A stretch of DNA of 64,000 nt from NCBI GenBank assembly GCA_964291655.2, contig OZ219802.1, positions 1,568,001-1,632,000 on the forward strand, in the 5' to 3' direction. Source of the stretch: Chloroflexota bacterium. Lineage in GTDB: Bacteria; Chloroflexota; UBA11872; VXOZ01. The notes below the pieces were generated by a model. That model was not told where the DNA came from, did not search any database, and was given only the letters and a program-made list of their open reading frames with translations. The translations under genes and the position numbers were made by a program. Below, piece after piece: positions 49,735 to 59,195 of this stretch; the stretch's first letter is position 1; each line of letters opens with the position of its first letter.

Positions 49735-50165
49735 GGTTATCCGATGACAGATTCGGCAAACGTAATCGGTGGTTCTGCAGTCGTGTGCGACCACATCACA
49801 TGTCATTCCGAACGGAGCGCAGCGCAGAGAGGAATCTCGTGTGGCGAGGCTGAAAACTGGGTGCAGCTTGGGCCCTAGATTCCGCGAACAGGGTTCGACG
49901 CTACGCTCGGAATTGTAAATGTCAGGTAATTCGTTGACAGATTTGAGAACAAAAGCAACCCTTCGCAGTGTTAGACATGACTAGTACACGTGTCATTCCG
50001 AACGAAGCGCAGCGAAGAGAGGAATCTAAGATGTTGAGCCTATTGGGCGACACGTTGCATGGGCCCTAGATTCCTCGCTGCGCTCGGAATGACATGCGCC
50101 GTCAACTCCTCAGAATGGAAAGCGAATTCTGTCAACGCATTACTCAACACGTACAGGAATGACAG
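49735..50165. repeat. Two related ~190-220 bp units between parA and parB, each with a GTCATTCCGAAC..GGAATCT / AGATTCC..CGCTCGGAAT pair; the second is bounded by inverted repeats (49926-50143)
   Basis: GTCATTCCGAAC at 49802 and 49992; GTAATTCGTTGACAGA vs TCTGTCAACGCATTAC. Confidence 0.8.
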
Positions 50166-50255
50166 AGATTTTCAGCGCTATCTAGTAGACTAGGGTATTT
50201 GAGAACGACCTACTGAACACTGAGAAGAGTGACCGTTGAGAGGAGTCAGGAGACT

Positions 50256-51092
50256 GTGTCGCGTAGAGGTGGCTTGGGCCGAGGACTAGAGGCGTTGCTG
50301 CCGGAGTCGGGTCTGCAGGACATACCGGTAGAGCGCATTCGTCCCAATCCGTTGCAGCCGCGCCAGACATTTGTTGAAGACGAGCTGGAAGAGCTTGCGC
50401 AATCGATCCGCGAGCACGGCATTCTGCAACCGGTGGTGGTCAGCCGCCAAGCGGAGGAAGGCGTCTATCAGCTAATCGTCGGCGAACGCCGCTGGCGCGC
50501 GGCTCAGCAAGCGGGCCTCGCCACAATCCCGGCTCTAATCCGGCCCACCGGCAGCCGCGAGGCGCTGGAAATCGCGCTGGTCGAGAACCTCCAGCGGGCG
50601 AGCCTTTCGCCGCTTGAAACTGCCGAGGCGTATGCGGCGCTCATCAGCGAATTTGGCATTACCCAGGAGCAGGTGGCGGCGCGCGTCGGCAAGAGCCGGT
50701 CTGCCGTTGCTAATACGCTGCGTTTGCTGAATCTTGCTACTGCGGTTAAGGAAGCCCTCGCTTTGGAGACGATCAGCGAAGGCCACGGGCGGGCCCTGGT
50801 TCGGCTTGCGCCCGAGCTGCAAATACATGCGTTAGCTGAGATAGAAAAACGAGGTCTGAACGTGCGCCAGACCGAGCAACTTGTGATACGACTGCTGGGA
50901 TCGCCGCGCTCTCCTCGTGCCAAATCCCCAGATGCCCGCAACGTCGAGTGGGAAGACCTGCTCCGGCGTTCTCTCGCAACGAAAGTGGAAATCAAGCGCC
51001 GCGGCAAACAGGGCACCATCCAAATCCACTTCTTCTCTGATGAGGAATTGGAAGGTCTGTTGGACAGGCTGCTAACCGAGGAAGAAGGGTAG
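50256..51092 (+). CDS. parB: Chromosome partition protein ParB/Spo0J
   Basis: GLGRGL, NPLQPR, GILQP, GERRWRA, ENLQR, HTH KSRSAVAN.LRLL. Confidence 0.95.
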   Translation: MSRRGGLGRGLEALLPESGLQDIPVERIRPNPLQPRQTFVEDELEELAQSIREHGILQPVVVSRQAEEGVYQLIVGERRWRAAQQAGLATIPALIRPTGSREALEIALVENLQRASLSPLETAEAYAALISEFGITQEQVAARVGKSRSAVANTLRLLNLATAVKEALALETISEGHGRALVRLAPELQIHALAEIEKRGLNVRQTEQLVIRLLGSPRSPRAKSPDARNVEWEDLLRRSLATKVEIKRRGKQGTIQIHFFSDEELEGLLDRLLTEEEG

Positions 51093-51201
51093 TGCGACGA
51101 GAACTAAGCGTGGTCTGACAGGCGCCAATTGGTCAGCAAGCGGCTTACGCGGGCGGCACTTACTGCTAAGGCGCATCTGGAGAATCAGGCTGAATCGTCA
51201 A

Positions 51202-51462
51202 CTAAGTAATCGTAACACCAAACTGCTTGGCGGCTTGCTCAAATGCTCTATCGGTAGCTTCTTGTACTACATAGTGATTTGAACCTTCACGGTTGTAGAA
51301 CACCGGAGCCACACCGGTTCGCCTGCGCCCTTTAGCACTAATGATGACCTTGACGACCGAAACTTCGCCAAACTTTCCCTCAATAGTCTCAATGTCCGAT
51401 GACCAATCTTGGTCATAGAGGTCAAGGCCTTGTATCAAACTTGGATGCATACTCTCACTCAC
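51202..51462 (-). CDS. Small uncharacterised protein with weak Rad52/Rad22-family resemblance
   Basis: Start overlaps the upstream stop (GTGA); C-terminal EATDRAFEQAAKQFGV resembles the Rad52-family A.TDA.KRAA..FG motif. Confidence 0.55.
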   Translation of the reverse strand: MSESMHPSLIQGLDLYDQDWSSDIETIEGKFGEVSVVKVIISAKGRRRTGVAPVFYNREGSNHYVVQEATDRAFEQAAKQFGVTIT

Positions 51463-51842
51463 ACACTGAATATGTGCTTCTCTATTTTTCCGAGAAAGAC
51501 TCGCACATCGCCAATGCTCTTACGTACGTCTTCCTCATCCAAAGAGTCTTCATAGAAGTTTCGATGAAGGGAGTTCGCTAGTCGGAATAGGGGCGGCAAC
51601 TCGGCATCATTACACTCGTCGGCGATTCTCTGTACGTTTTCGCGGAGTGGGCCGTACTTGCCGTGCTTCCATCTCCGCTGCACAGATGCGGCCTTTACCA
51701 CATGTACGGCGGCTCCCCATGCCTTTTCCGATGCCTGGAGCATGTCCCCTCGGCCCAACTCTTCCTCCGCTTGTTCAATGAAAATGTAGCTGGTTTGTAG
51801 ATGCTCGGTAGCCTTTGCCAACTGCTCGTCAGTTGTCGACAT
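51459..51842 (-). CDS. PaREP1-family (HEPN-like) protein
   Basis: AEEEL..GD.LQASEKAWGA and A..LH.NFYE motifs. Confidence 0.85.
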   Translation of the reverse strand: MSTTDEQLAKATEHLQTSYIFIEQAEEELGRGDMLQASEKAWGAAVHVVKAASVQRRWKHGKYGPLRENVQRIADECNDAELPPLFRLANSLHRNFYEDSLDEEDVRKSIGDVRVFLGKIEKHIFSV

Positions 51843-52137
51843 TATTCGACTCCGGCAACGCCCGTTACACCTTCTGCGGCGCTTGGCGTGAAGTACATTC
51901 CAGTCATACTGTTGGACTATCCTCACCTTACAAGCACTGGTGAATGAAGACAATCCTTCACCGCATGACTACGGCTAATTCCTTGCTATTTATATAACTA
52001 AGTCTGTCATGGAACGGTTATACGAGTCAATACTGTTTGCTGACATGGACCTACCACAACCACAAGCCGACTGTTAAGAATAGCGCCTGAGATAGGGGCG
52101 GACTCCACGAGTCTTCTTGCGCGAAAACTCTCCAGCG

Positions 52138-53445
52138 CTAGTCATTCCCGCCGCTGCTCGCCGATGCCCTGGGCTGCACCGGCGGTACCAGCACACGCCA
52201 TGCCAGGAGCGCCGCGAGGAGGATGGCCGGTACGAACGTAAACTGAAATACGCGCAGCCCGGTCATGATGCCATAGTTGTCGGCGACGGCGCCGAGCGCG
52301 GGCCCGACAAACAGTCCGAGCGAGTAATTGGAGGCCTGCACCAGTGAGAGGCAGGAAGCGCGCTGTGCCGAAACGAGACGGCGGTTGAGGCTCTCCTGCA
52401 TGAGCGGATGGAGCAAGCCAATCATCACGTAGACGCCGAGCATACCCAAGATGACGAGCGGCCTGAATGGCGCGTTGACGAGGACAATGAGGGATGCCAT
52501 GCCAATTATGCCAACCGTGAGAATCGCGGCCCGTTCGCTGCCCCATAGCAAGGCGCGAATGCGGGCCGAGCCGAGCATGAAGAGCGACATGACCCCATAG
52601 AACAACGCGTAGATAAACCCGAGATCGGCAGCGGAGAAGCCCAGCGACGTAAGGTACGGTCCGCCGAAGGGCCGCTCGCTCAAGAAATAGGCACGCGTCA
52701 TCACCACAAACACCACCACCAGACCAACCAGTTCGGGGTTGTGTGTGATAGTCCGGACGGTGGCCCTGAGTTGCCCGAAGTACTCGCGTGTTCTTTCCCT
52801 GAATGAGGTCGACTGCGACGGCATCGGCCGGTCGCGGGGGATGGTGGGTTCCACAAACCAGACCGCGATGCTTGCCGCGGAAATAAGTGCGGCAGCGCTT
52901 GCCCAGAACGGCCCCGAGAGGCCGGCTTGGCGCGCAACGACACCGGTGATGAGCGTGCCGGCGACCATGCTGATATTCTCAATGGCCAGGGCGCGACCCA
53001 AAAGGGTTTGGGACCTCCCCTCCAGGCCCGCACCCTTGATGGAGTCATAGAAGAGCGCCATGTCCGCGCCGGAGGCAAAGGCCGCGCCGACGCCAATTGC
53101 GACAAAGCCAATCATGAAGACAATGTATTCTGAAGCAAAGATGAGGAGGACAACGCCCGAGCAACCCAGCAGCGCCCCCACGAAGATGCTCCACTTGCGG
53201 CTGAAGCGGTCGGCAAAGAGGCCGGTGGGCAACTCCGAGGCAATGCTGGAGAAGTTGAGCGTGGCCATGAGGAGCATGAAGCCGGTGAGCGAGATGCCGC
53301 GATCCAAGAAGTAAATGGCGAAGATCGGCAGCAGCGTGCCCCAACGCACACCCCAGGCGACTTTCAACAGATAGAATTTCCACACGTTGCGCTCGAGCGT
53401 GCGCGCCTGTTCGAGCGTAGTGCTGCTTTCTGCTGATGTGAGCAT
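52138..53445 (-). CDS. MFS transporter (12-TMS)
   Basis: ELPTGLFADRFSRK motif A variant, ASGADMALFYDS, about 12 hydrophobic segments. Confidence 0.9.
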   Translation of the reverse strand: MLTSAESSTTLEQARTLERNVWKFYLLKVAWGVRWGTLLPIFAIYFLDRGISLTGFMLLMATLNFSSIASELPTGLFADRFSRKWSIFVGALLGCSGVVLLIFASEYIVFMIGFVAIGVGAAFASGADMALFYDSIKGAGLEGRSQTLLGRALAIENISMVAGTLITGVVARQAGLSGPFWASAAALISAASIAVWFVEPTIPRDRPMPSQSTSFRERTREYFGQLRATVRTITHNPELVGLVVVFVVMTRAYFLSERPFGGPYLTSLGFSAADLGFIYALFYGVMSLFMLGSARIRALLWGSERAAILTVGIIGMASLIVLVNAPFRPLVILGMLGVYVMIGLLHPLMQESLNRRLVSAQRASCLSLVQASNYSLGLFVGPALGAVADNYGIMTGLRVFQFTFVPAILLAALLAWRVLVPPVQPRASASSGGND

Positions 53446-53582
53446 GCGGCGAAGAACCTACATTGGCGCCGCTGCGCCGGCTATATATCCCGGTAAGGCA
53501 CTTCTCAGCGGGATACGCCCGGAGCGTATGCGCGGCGTTGAAGGTGCTCCGCCTATCTTACAGCAGGAACGTGTGCGCCGGT

Positions 53583-54467
53583 TTAGACCGGCTCGTGCGG
53601 GTTGCTCTGTGGGGAGGGAGCCGCAGTCGCGGAACGACGAACCGGCGGCATCGGCGCGGCCATGGCATCCTGCTGCGCCCAACGGAAGAAGACGATCGCC
53701 AGCGGCAGCAGCATGTAGAGGCCGCCGCCCATCCACATAATTAAGCCCCCAATACGCTGGTCGTCGAGTGCGGTGAAGGTCGAACCCTCACGCGGCAGGA
53801 GATACGCGGTGTAGAGCACCTGGCCCGAGACCGTAATCAGAACGCCTACGAGCTTGAGCCCGGCTGTGGCGAGAAAGATGTAGAGCAGGCGGCGGGGCGC
53901 GGACAGACGCGCGCGAAACGGCCACGAGTCGACCACATTCCACCAGAAGAATACTGCCGGCCAGAAGAACGTCGTGTGTTCGAGCACGTGTATGATTTCA
54001 TCATCTACCGCCGCCGAATAGAGCTGCGGCACGTGCCAGAGCCAAAGCATTGCCAGGAACAGGCCGAGCGCCACGTGGGAATGCAGCAACGTCTGCGTAA
54101 TGCGGCGCATGACGCGATTGCGCGCCACTGTAACAAAGACCGGACGCTGCAGGAAGGCCGGCAGGCCCCGCAGCACCATCACGACCGGCGCGCCCAGCAG
54201 CAACAACGGAGGCACGATGAGCACCAGCAGCAAATGCTGGATCATGTGCATGGTGAAATACTGGCCGGAGAGCGTATCTACGGGTCCGATGAGAGAAATG
54301 AGCAGGAGGGCAATGCCCGTGCCGAATGAAAACCTGCGCCACAGCGGCGGAGTGGTCCGACCGCGCCGCCGCGCCCGCGTTACGCCAATGGCATAGAAAA
54401 GGCTAGCGAAGCCGCAGCTTGCCGCAACCGAGAGGATTACAAATCCAGTCGTTAGGGCGCCGACCAT
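53583..54467 (-). CDS. ctaG: Cytochrome c oxidase assembly factor, caa3-type CtaG
   Basis: HMIQHLLL..PPLLLLG.P, WLWHVP.LY, H.LEH, DQ..GGLIMW. Confidence 0.9.
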   Translation of the reverse strand: MVGALTTGFVILSVAASCGFASLFYAIGVTRARRRGRTTPPLWRRFSFGTGIALLLISLIGPVDTLSGQYFTMHMIQHLLLVLIVPPLLLLGAPVVMVLRGLPAFLQRPVFVTVARNRVMRRITQTLLHSHVALGLFLAMLWLWHVPQLYSAAVDDEIIHVLEHTTFFWPAVFFWWNVVDSWPFRARLSAPRRLLYIFLATAGLKLVGVLITVSGQVLYTAYLLPREGSTFTALDDQRIGGLIMWMGGGLYMLLPLAIVFFRWAQQDAMAAPMPPVRRSATAAPSPQSNPHEPV

Positions 54468-54772
54468 TATCCTGAGCGGATGCCGAAGAGGACCATAAGC
54501 GCAATCAGCAAGAGTATTTCAATGGTGAAACCAAAGAAGAAGAAGCCGGAGAACAGTTTGCTGTCATAGCGCAAGTGCATGTAATACGCGACCACTAGGG
54601 CGAACTTCGTGCCAGCCAGGACTAACAGCAGCGGCACCAGCAGCGCAAACGGGATAGCCACGTAATACGTGGCGACTTCCAGGATCGTTAGGACCGTAAG
54701 GACAATGGCAATACGGACGTAATGACCGGTCGTGGCATGGGCCTCGTCGTTATGGGTGGCTTCTGTGCTCAT
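54467..54772 (-). CDS. Cytochrome c oxidase subunit IV family protein
   Basis: LT.LEV, KF.LV..YYMHL.YD; three TM helices; position in operon. Confidence 0.88.
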   Translation of the reverse strand: MSTEATHNDEAHATTGHYVRIAIVLTVLTILEVATYYVAIPFALLVPLLLVLAGTKFALVVAYYMHLRYDSKLFSGFFFFGFTIEILLLIALMVLFGIRSG

Positions 54773-54835
54773 GCTCTTCTCCTCACGGTTCGGCTATGAC
54801 GCGGCAAGCGACAGGAAACCTTGCCAACTCTTGCC

Positions 54836-54863
54836 CGGCGGGGGACAAGCCTCCGGCGCTACA
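54836..54863. repeat. Family-B palindrome inside the cta operon
   Basis: GCGGGGGACAAGCCTCCGGCGCTAC. Confidence 0.75.
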
Positions 54864-54901
54864 AGGATACCTCTTAACTTCTGCGCGCGCCGCATTCAGG
54901 A

Positions 54902-55534
54902 CTATGTCGGAATCAGATAGATCAGCGTAAAGATGATAATCCAAACAATGTCAACAAAGTGCCAGTAGAGGCCGCCCAATTCCACGTCCAGCGGCTTCAC
55001 TTTGCCAAAGTAACTCAAGACCAGCAGCGAGAACAGCCATAGGACGCCCACGCCCACGTGTGTGCCGTGAAATCCGGTGAGCACATAGAAGGTCGTGCCA
55101 AAGAGATTGGTCGTAAGCCCCAAGCCATGGTGCACGAATTCGATGAATTCGTACGCCTGGAAGCCCAGGAAGCCGGTACCGAGCAAGGCCGTCATCAGCA
55201 GCCAGAAGCGTCCCTTTTTCAGCTCGCGCTGTCTGCGTTCTTCGTCCGTGCCGGATCCCGCCGCTCTCTCGAAGCCGGCGAGCGACAGCACCATCGCCAA
55301 GCTGCTCATAAGCAGCACAAACGTGCTTACCGAAGTGAGCGGAATGTTGAGAATCTCTTCGGGATAGGGGCCAACGACACTCTTGCCCCGGTAAACGAGG
55401 TACGTAGTGATCAGGGAACCAAAGAAGATGCACTCAGAGCCAAGGAAGGCCCACATGAGGATCTTGCGGTGGTTAAGGCCCGTGGACGTTGGATGCTCTT
55501 CATGCGCCTCGTGGGCGAGTGCTGCATCACTCAT
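54902..55534 (-). CDS. ctaE: Cytochrome c oxidase subunit III
   Basis: W.FL.SE, T.VLL.SS, FY.LTGFHG.HV, GLYWHFVD.VW. Confidence 0.95.
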   Translation of the reverse strand: MSDAALAHEAHEEHPTSTGLNHRKILMWAFLGSECIFFGSLITTYLVYRGKSVVGPYPEEILNIPLTSVSTFVLLMSSLAMVLSLAGFERAAGSGTDEERRQRELKKGRFWLLMTALLGTGFLGFQAYEFIEFVHHGLGLTTNLFGTTFYVLTGFHGTHVGVGVLWLFSLLVLSYFGKVKPLDVELGGLYWHFVDIVWIIIFTLIYLIPT

Positions 55535-55593
55535 TCAGCGATTCTCCTCACGTTAGCCAATCAGTTTCGCTCTATTCTGGAATTTCATCTCTG

Positions 55594-55626
55594 CCCTCAC
55601 CCTAACCCTCTCCCTGAGGGAGAGGG
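55594..55626. repeat. Family-A palindrome inside the cta operon
   Basis: CCCTCACCCTAACCCTCTCCCTGAGGGAGAGGG. Confidence 0.9.
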
Positions 55627-55692
55627 GACAAGCTGGGGAAGTCTCTGTCTTTCGAGTTAGACTGTCTTTCCGTCACGTCTACCTGTTCACTC

Positions 55693-55770
55693 ATCGAGCT
55701 TGTCTCGTAGTTATCGAGCTTGTCTCGATAGTATTCCAGCTTGTCTTGATTGTAATCGACCTTGTCTCGA
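55693..55770. repeat. Four direct repeats, 20-21 bp period, core ATCGAGCTTGTCTCG
   Basis: Cores at 55693, 55713, ~55734 and 55755. Confidence 0.8.
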
Positions 55771-55777
55771 ACATGCA

Positions 55778-57655
55778 CTAGTGTTCATCATCTGGCGGTG
55801 TGGACGCTGGTTCCAGCGACCAGGCATAGACCGAGACAATCGTCCACGCCACGCCGAATATCGCTACCAGAATGTGAATCATCAGTCCCGCAGCCGCAAT
55901 CGTCAAACCGGCGCCGACTAGAAGCGGCCAGTAGGATGGGTCCGGCATGTGGACTTCATGTTCTTCGTCAGATTCGTCCGCATGTTCGGCCACGGCCGCG
56001 CCGACCTTGCTGAGCTGCGCCGCATCGCCGTGTCCGTCGCCGTACTTGTCAAACCAAACCTGATCGCGGTGCGTAATCTGTGGAATTTCATCGAAGTTAT
56101 GCTCCGGCGGCGGACTGGGGATAGCCCACTCCAACGTGCGCGCGTCCCACGGGTCGTTGCCGGCGGGCTTGCCCTTGATGTAGCTAACGACGAGGTTGTG
56201 GAGGAACACCAAGACTGACAGGCCAATGAAGAAGGCACTGATGGTAATGAACATGTTCCAGAATTCCCAGCCCATGCCGGCGGGATATGTGCTGACACGG
56301 CGCGGCATGCCGTCAAGACCCACGAAATGCATCGGGAAGAAGGTGAAGTTCATGCCCAGGAACATAGTCCAGAAGTGAATCTTGCCGATTTTTTCATCCA
56401 TCATGCGTCCCGTGATCTTGGGGAACCAATAGTAGACCCCACCCATCAACGCTAGGATGAGACCGCCAAAGAGCACGTAGTGGAAGTGGCCGACGACAAA
56501 GTAGCCGTCCTGGAAGTGCAGGTCCAAAGGCACGGCCGCCAGCATCGGGCCGGTCAGCCCGCCGATGAGGAATGTCGTCAGGAATCCCAAAGCAAAGAGC
56601 ATTGGAACCGTCAGACGAATGCGGCCGCCGAAACAGGTCGCAACCCAGTTGAACATCTTGATACCGGTGGGAATGGCAATCAGCATGGTGGAACCGGCGA
56701 AGGCCGCATCGGCAATGGTGCCCATGCCGGTGGTGAACATATGGTGCGCCCACACGCTAAAGCCCAGGAAACCGATCGACACGGCTGCAAAGACCATCGC
56801 GCTGTAGCCGAAAATCGGCTTGCGTGAAAACGTGGGCAGGATTTCAGAAGCAATGCCGAATCCCGGCAAGACCAAGATATACACCTCCGGATGTCCGAAG
56901 ACCCAGAAAAGGTGCTGCCAGAGCATCGGGTCACCGCCCTCCGCCACCTCGTAGAAATTCGTGCCGAAAAGTCGGTCGAATTCAAGGAAAATCAAAGCGG
57001 CCGTAATGGCGGGAAAGGCGAAGATGATCAGGAAAGACGTAACGAACGTCATCCAGACGAAAACCGGCATGCGCATGAACGACATTCCCGGTGCCCGCAA
57101 ATTGATAATCGTAATGATAAAGTTTAGGGCCGCCGCTACCGAGGCCACACCGAGCACCAGCAAACCAAGACCCCAAAAATCGATGCTCAGACCGGGGGAG
57201 TATTCCTTGGACGTCAAGTTCGCGTACCCAAACCAACCGCCGTCGGGGGCCTGGCCGAACAGGAAGCTGCTGTGCATCAAGAGACTGCCGCCAAGGAACG
57301 TCCAGTAGCTGAAGGCGTTCAGACGCGGAAACGCCACGTCGCGTGCGCCGATCATCAGTGGAATGAGGAAATTGAAGAACGCCGCAGCCATGGGCATGGC
57401 GACCATGAAGACCATCGCCGTACCGTGCATGGTGAAGAGTTGGTTGTACGTATCGGGATCGAGGATCTGTCCATCCGGAGTCGCGAGCTGAAGTCGGATT
57501 AGCAGTGCTTCGAGTCCGCCAATGAGAAAGTATATGAGGGACGTTACAAAGTAGAGCACGCCGATGCGCTTATGGTCGATGGTGGTGATCCAACTCCATA
57601 CCGTCGCGCCGGTGGAAACGCGTTCCTGCGTGCGTACGTCTGTTACTGTTGCCAT
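55778..57655 (-). CDS. ctaD: Cytochrome c oxidase subunit I (A1 type)
   Basis: DHKRIG, TMHG, WVFGHPEVY, WAHHM, HFHY, MPRR. Confidence 0.97.
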   Translation of the reverse strand: MATVTDVRTQERVSTGATVWSWITTIDHKRIGVLYFVTSLIYFLIGGLEALLIRLQLATPDGQILDPDTYNQLFTMHGTAMVFMVAMPMAAAFFNFLIPLMIGARDVAFPRLNAFSYWTFLGGSLLMHSSFLFGQAPDGGWFGYANLTSKEYSPGLSIDFWGLGLLVLGVASVAAALNFIITIINLRAPGMSFMRMPVFVWMTFVTSFLIIFAFPAITAALIFLEFDRLFGTNFYEVAEGGDPMLWQHLFWVFGHPEVYILVLPGFGIASEILPTFSRKPIFGYSAMVFAAVSIGFLGFSVWAHHMFTTGMGTIADAAFAGSTMLIAIPTGIKMFNWVATCFGGRIRLTVPMLFALGFLTTFLIGGLTGPMLAAVPLDLHFQDGYFVVGHFHYVLFGGLILALMGGVYYWFPKITGRMMDEKIGKIHFWTMFLGMNFTFFPMHFVGLDGMPRRVSTYPAGMGWEFWNMFITISAFFIGLSVLVFLHNLVVSYIKGKPAGNDPWDARTLEWAIPSPPPEHNFDEIPQITHRDQVWFDKYGDGHGDAAQLSKVGAAVAEHADESDEEHEVHMPDPSYWPLLVGAGLTIAAAGLMIHILVAIFGVAWTIVSVYAWSLEPASTPPDDEH

Positions 57656-57740
57656 GCCGACTCTCCTCGCTGCACAGACGTGGCCGTATTAGCGTATAAC
57701 GGACTGCTGCCCAATGCTATACAAGCAAATGATACAATCT

Positions 57741-57758
57741 TTGTGAGCATTTTCACAA
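57741..57758. promoter_or_regulatory. Palindromic operator, Rex-type or CRP/FNR-type, between ctaC and ctaD
   Basis: TTGTGAGCATTTTCACAA = TGTGA-N6-TCACA, one mismatch to TTGTGAA-N4-TTCACAA. Confidence 0.65.
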
Positions 57759-57769
57759 TCTATTCCCGG

Positions 57770-58798
57770 TTATCTGAGTGCGGTGATATAGGCCGTGAGT
57801 AAGCGAATGTCCTCTGGGGTCAGTTCAATCGGTAGAATCATCTTGTTCCCGGGTTTCAGCCCCTGAGGGTCGCTAATCCAATTCATGACGTCCGCACTGG
57901 TGTTTTCCAATATGCCGCCGGCGATATAGGCGCGGCTGCCCACGTGGGTGAGGTCCGGACCGATTGTGCCGATTGCATCGGTGCCGCGAATTGTATGGCA
58001 CGTCACGCACGCGCGGCTAACGAAGAGTTGCGCGCCTTCGGCAGCGTCACCGGTCACCTCCGCGGCAGGCTCCCGCTGTTTGTCTAACCAGCTATCGAAA
58101 GCAGCCTCCGATTCTACCACCACGTGGAATCGCATCTGCGCGTGCGCCGTACCGCAATATTCAGCGCACTGCGCCGCATAGAGGCCTTCTTCCGTTGGTG
58201 TAAACCAGATGGTATTCGTGGATCCCGGCATCAAGTCTCGTTTTCCCATGAGGCGCGGCACCCAGAATGAGTGGATGACGTCATTGGACTCAAGTTCAAA
58301 GTAGACTGCGCGGTCAATCGGAATATGGATCTCGTTGGCAGTAACCACGTCAAGATCAGGATAATGCACTTCCCACCACCATTGGTGGCCGACTACCCGC
58401 ACCCGGATTGCGTCCTCCGGCGGGGCAGCTTCGATGGTCGCCATTGCTTGATACGTCAAGATAAGCATGATCACGACGACGATGGAAGGAGCGAGCGTCC
58501 AGGCAATCTCCAAACGCGTATTGCCGTGGACCTGCGGCGGGATGCTCGTGTCGTTATCCCGCACGCGGAAGCGAAATACTGAGTAGAGGAGCAAGCCCTG
58601 GACAAGCAGGAAGATAACAATTGCAAGCCACGTCAGCGGGGCAAAAAGATCGTTGATGACTTGATTGTTGTCCGATCGCGGAAAGAGCATCGTCTGCGGC
58701 GTGTCAACCGCCCCGCAGCCGGCAATGAGAGCTACGGCCGCCGCCCCTATGATTAGCCGCGGCAGCCACCAACCCAGGTCTCGTCTCGGTGATTGCAT
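57770..58798 (-). CDS. ctaC: Cytochrome c oxidase subunit II with fused cytochrome c (caa3 type)
   Basis: Lipobox LIAGC, GHQWWW, DVIHSFW, CAEYCGTAHAQM CuA site, CVTCH heme c motif. Confidence 0.96.
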   Translation of the reverse strand: MQSPRRDLGWWLPRLIIGAAAVALIAGCGAVDTPQTMLFPRSDNNQVINDLFAPLTWLAIVIFLLVQGLLLYSVFRFRVRDNDTSIPPQVHGNTRLEIAWTLAPSIVVVIMLILTYQAMATIEAAPPEDAIRVRVVGHQWWWEVHYPDLDVVTANEIHIPIDRAVYFELESNDVIHSFWVPRLMGKRDLMPGSTNTIWFTPTEEGLYAAQCAEYCGTAHAQMRFHVVVESEAAFDSWLDKQREPAAEVTGDAAEGAQLFVSRACVTCHTIRGTDAIGTIGPDLTHVGSRAYIAGGILENTSADVMNWISDPQGLKPGNKMILPIELTPEDIRLLTAYITALR

Positions 58799-59195
58799 CC
58801 TATGCTGCCTCCTTGCGGCGAAACGTCCTTCGTATTCCGCCTGCCTGTCTGCCGGAGGTCGCATCTATGTCCGCTGTCAAAAGACTCCGGAATATCAAGC
58901 GCCGCTGCTCATTCCGGCGCAGGTATGCCCTTGCCATCTCTGTCGCTTACTCCCATGTAGTCGCTGACGGTTGCAAAAAGTCTGCCGGTGCATAACCGCT
59001 CTATTGCGGCGGTAATCCGCTCGGCAACAAGCACTCTTACTCTCATCCAATTTGCCGTGTGAAAGTAGATACAAAGTCTACCCACACTATTCTAGCCACT
59101 CGGTTCGCGGTCTACAAGTCGAACCGGCAGGACAAAATTGTAACGCTCGTTTGGGTCCACGTCTACTGCTGCCGGCGCCCTTGGGCGAAGCTTTC

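Noticed and set aside
48850-51200. parS site or replication origin near parAB
   Set aside because: No TGTTNCACGTGAAACA-like palindrome or DnaA-box cluster seen by eye
52138-52152. MFS C-terminus (GND-stop) matching half of a family-C palindrome
   Set aside because: Only 11 bp match with no second arm; may be chance
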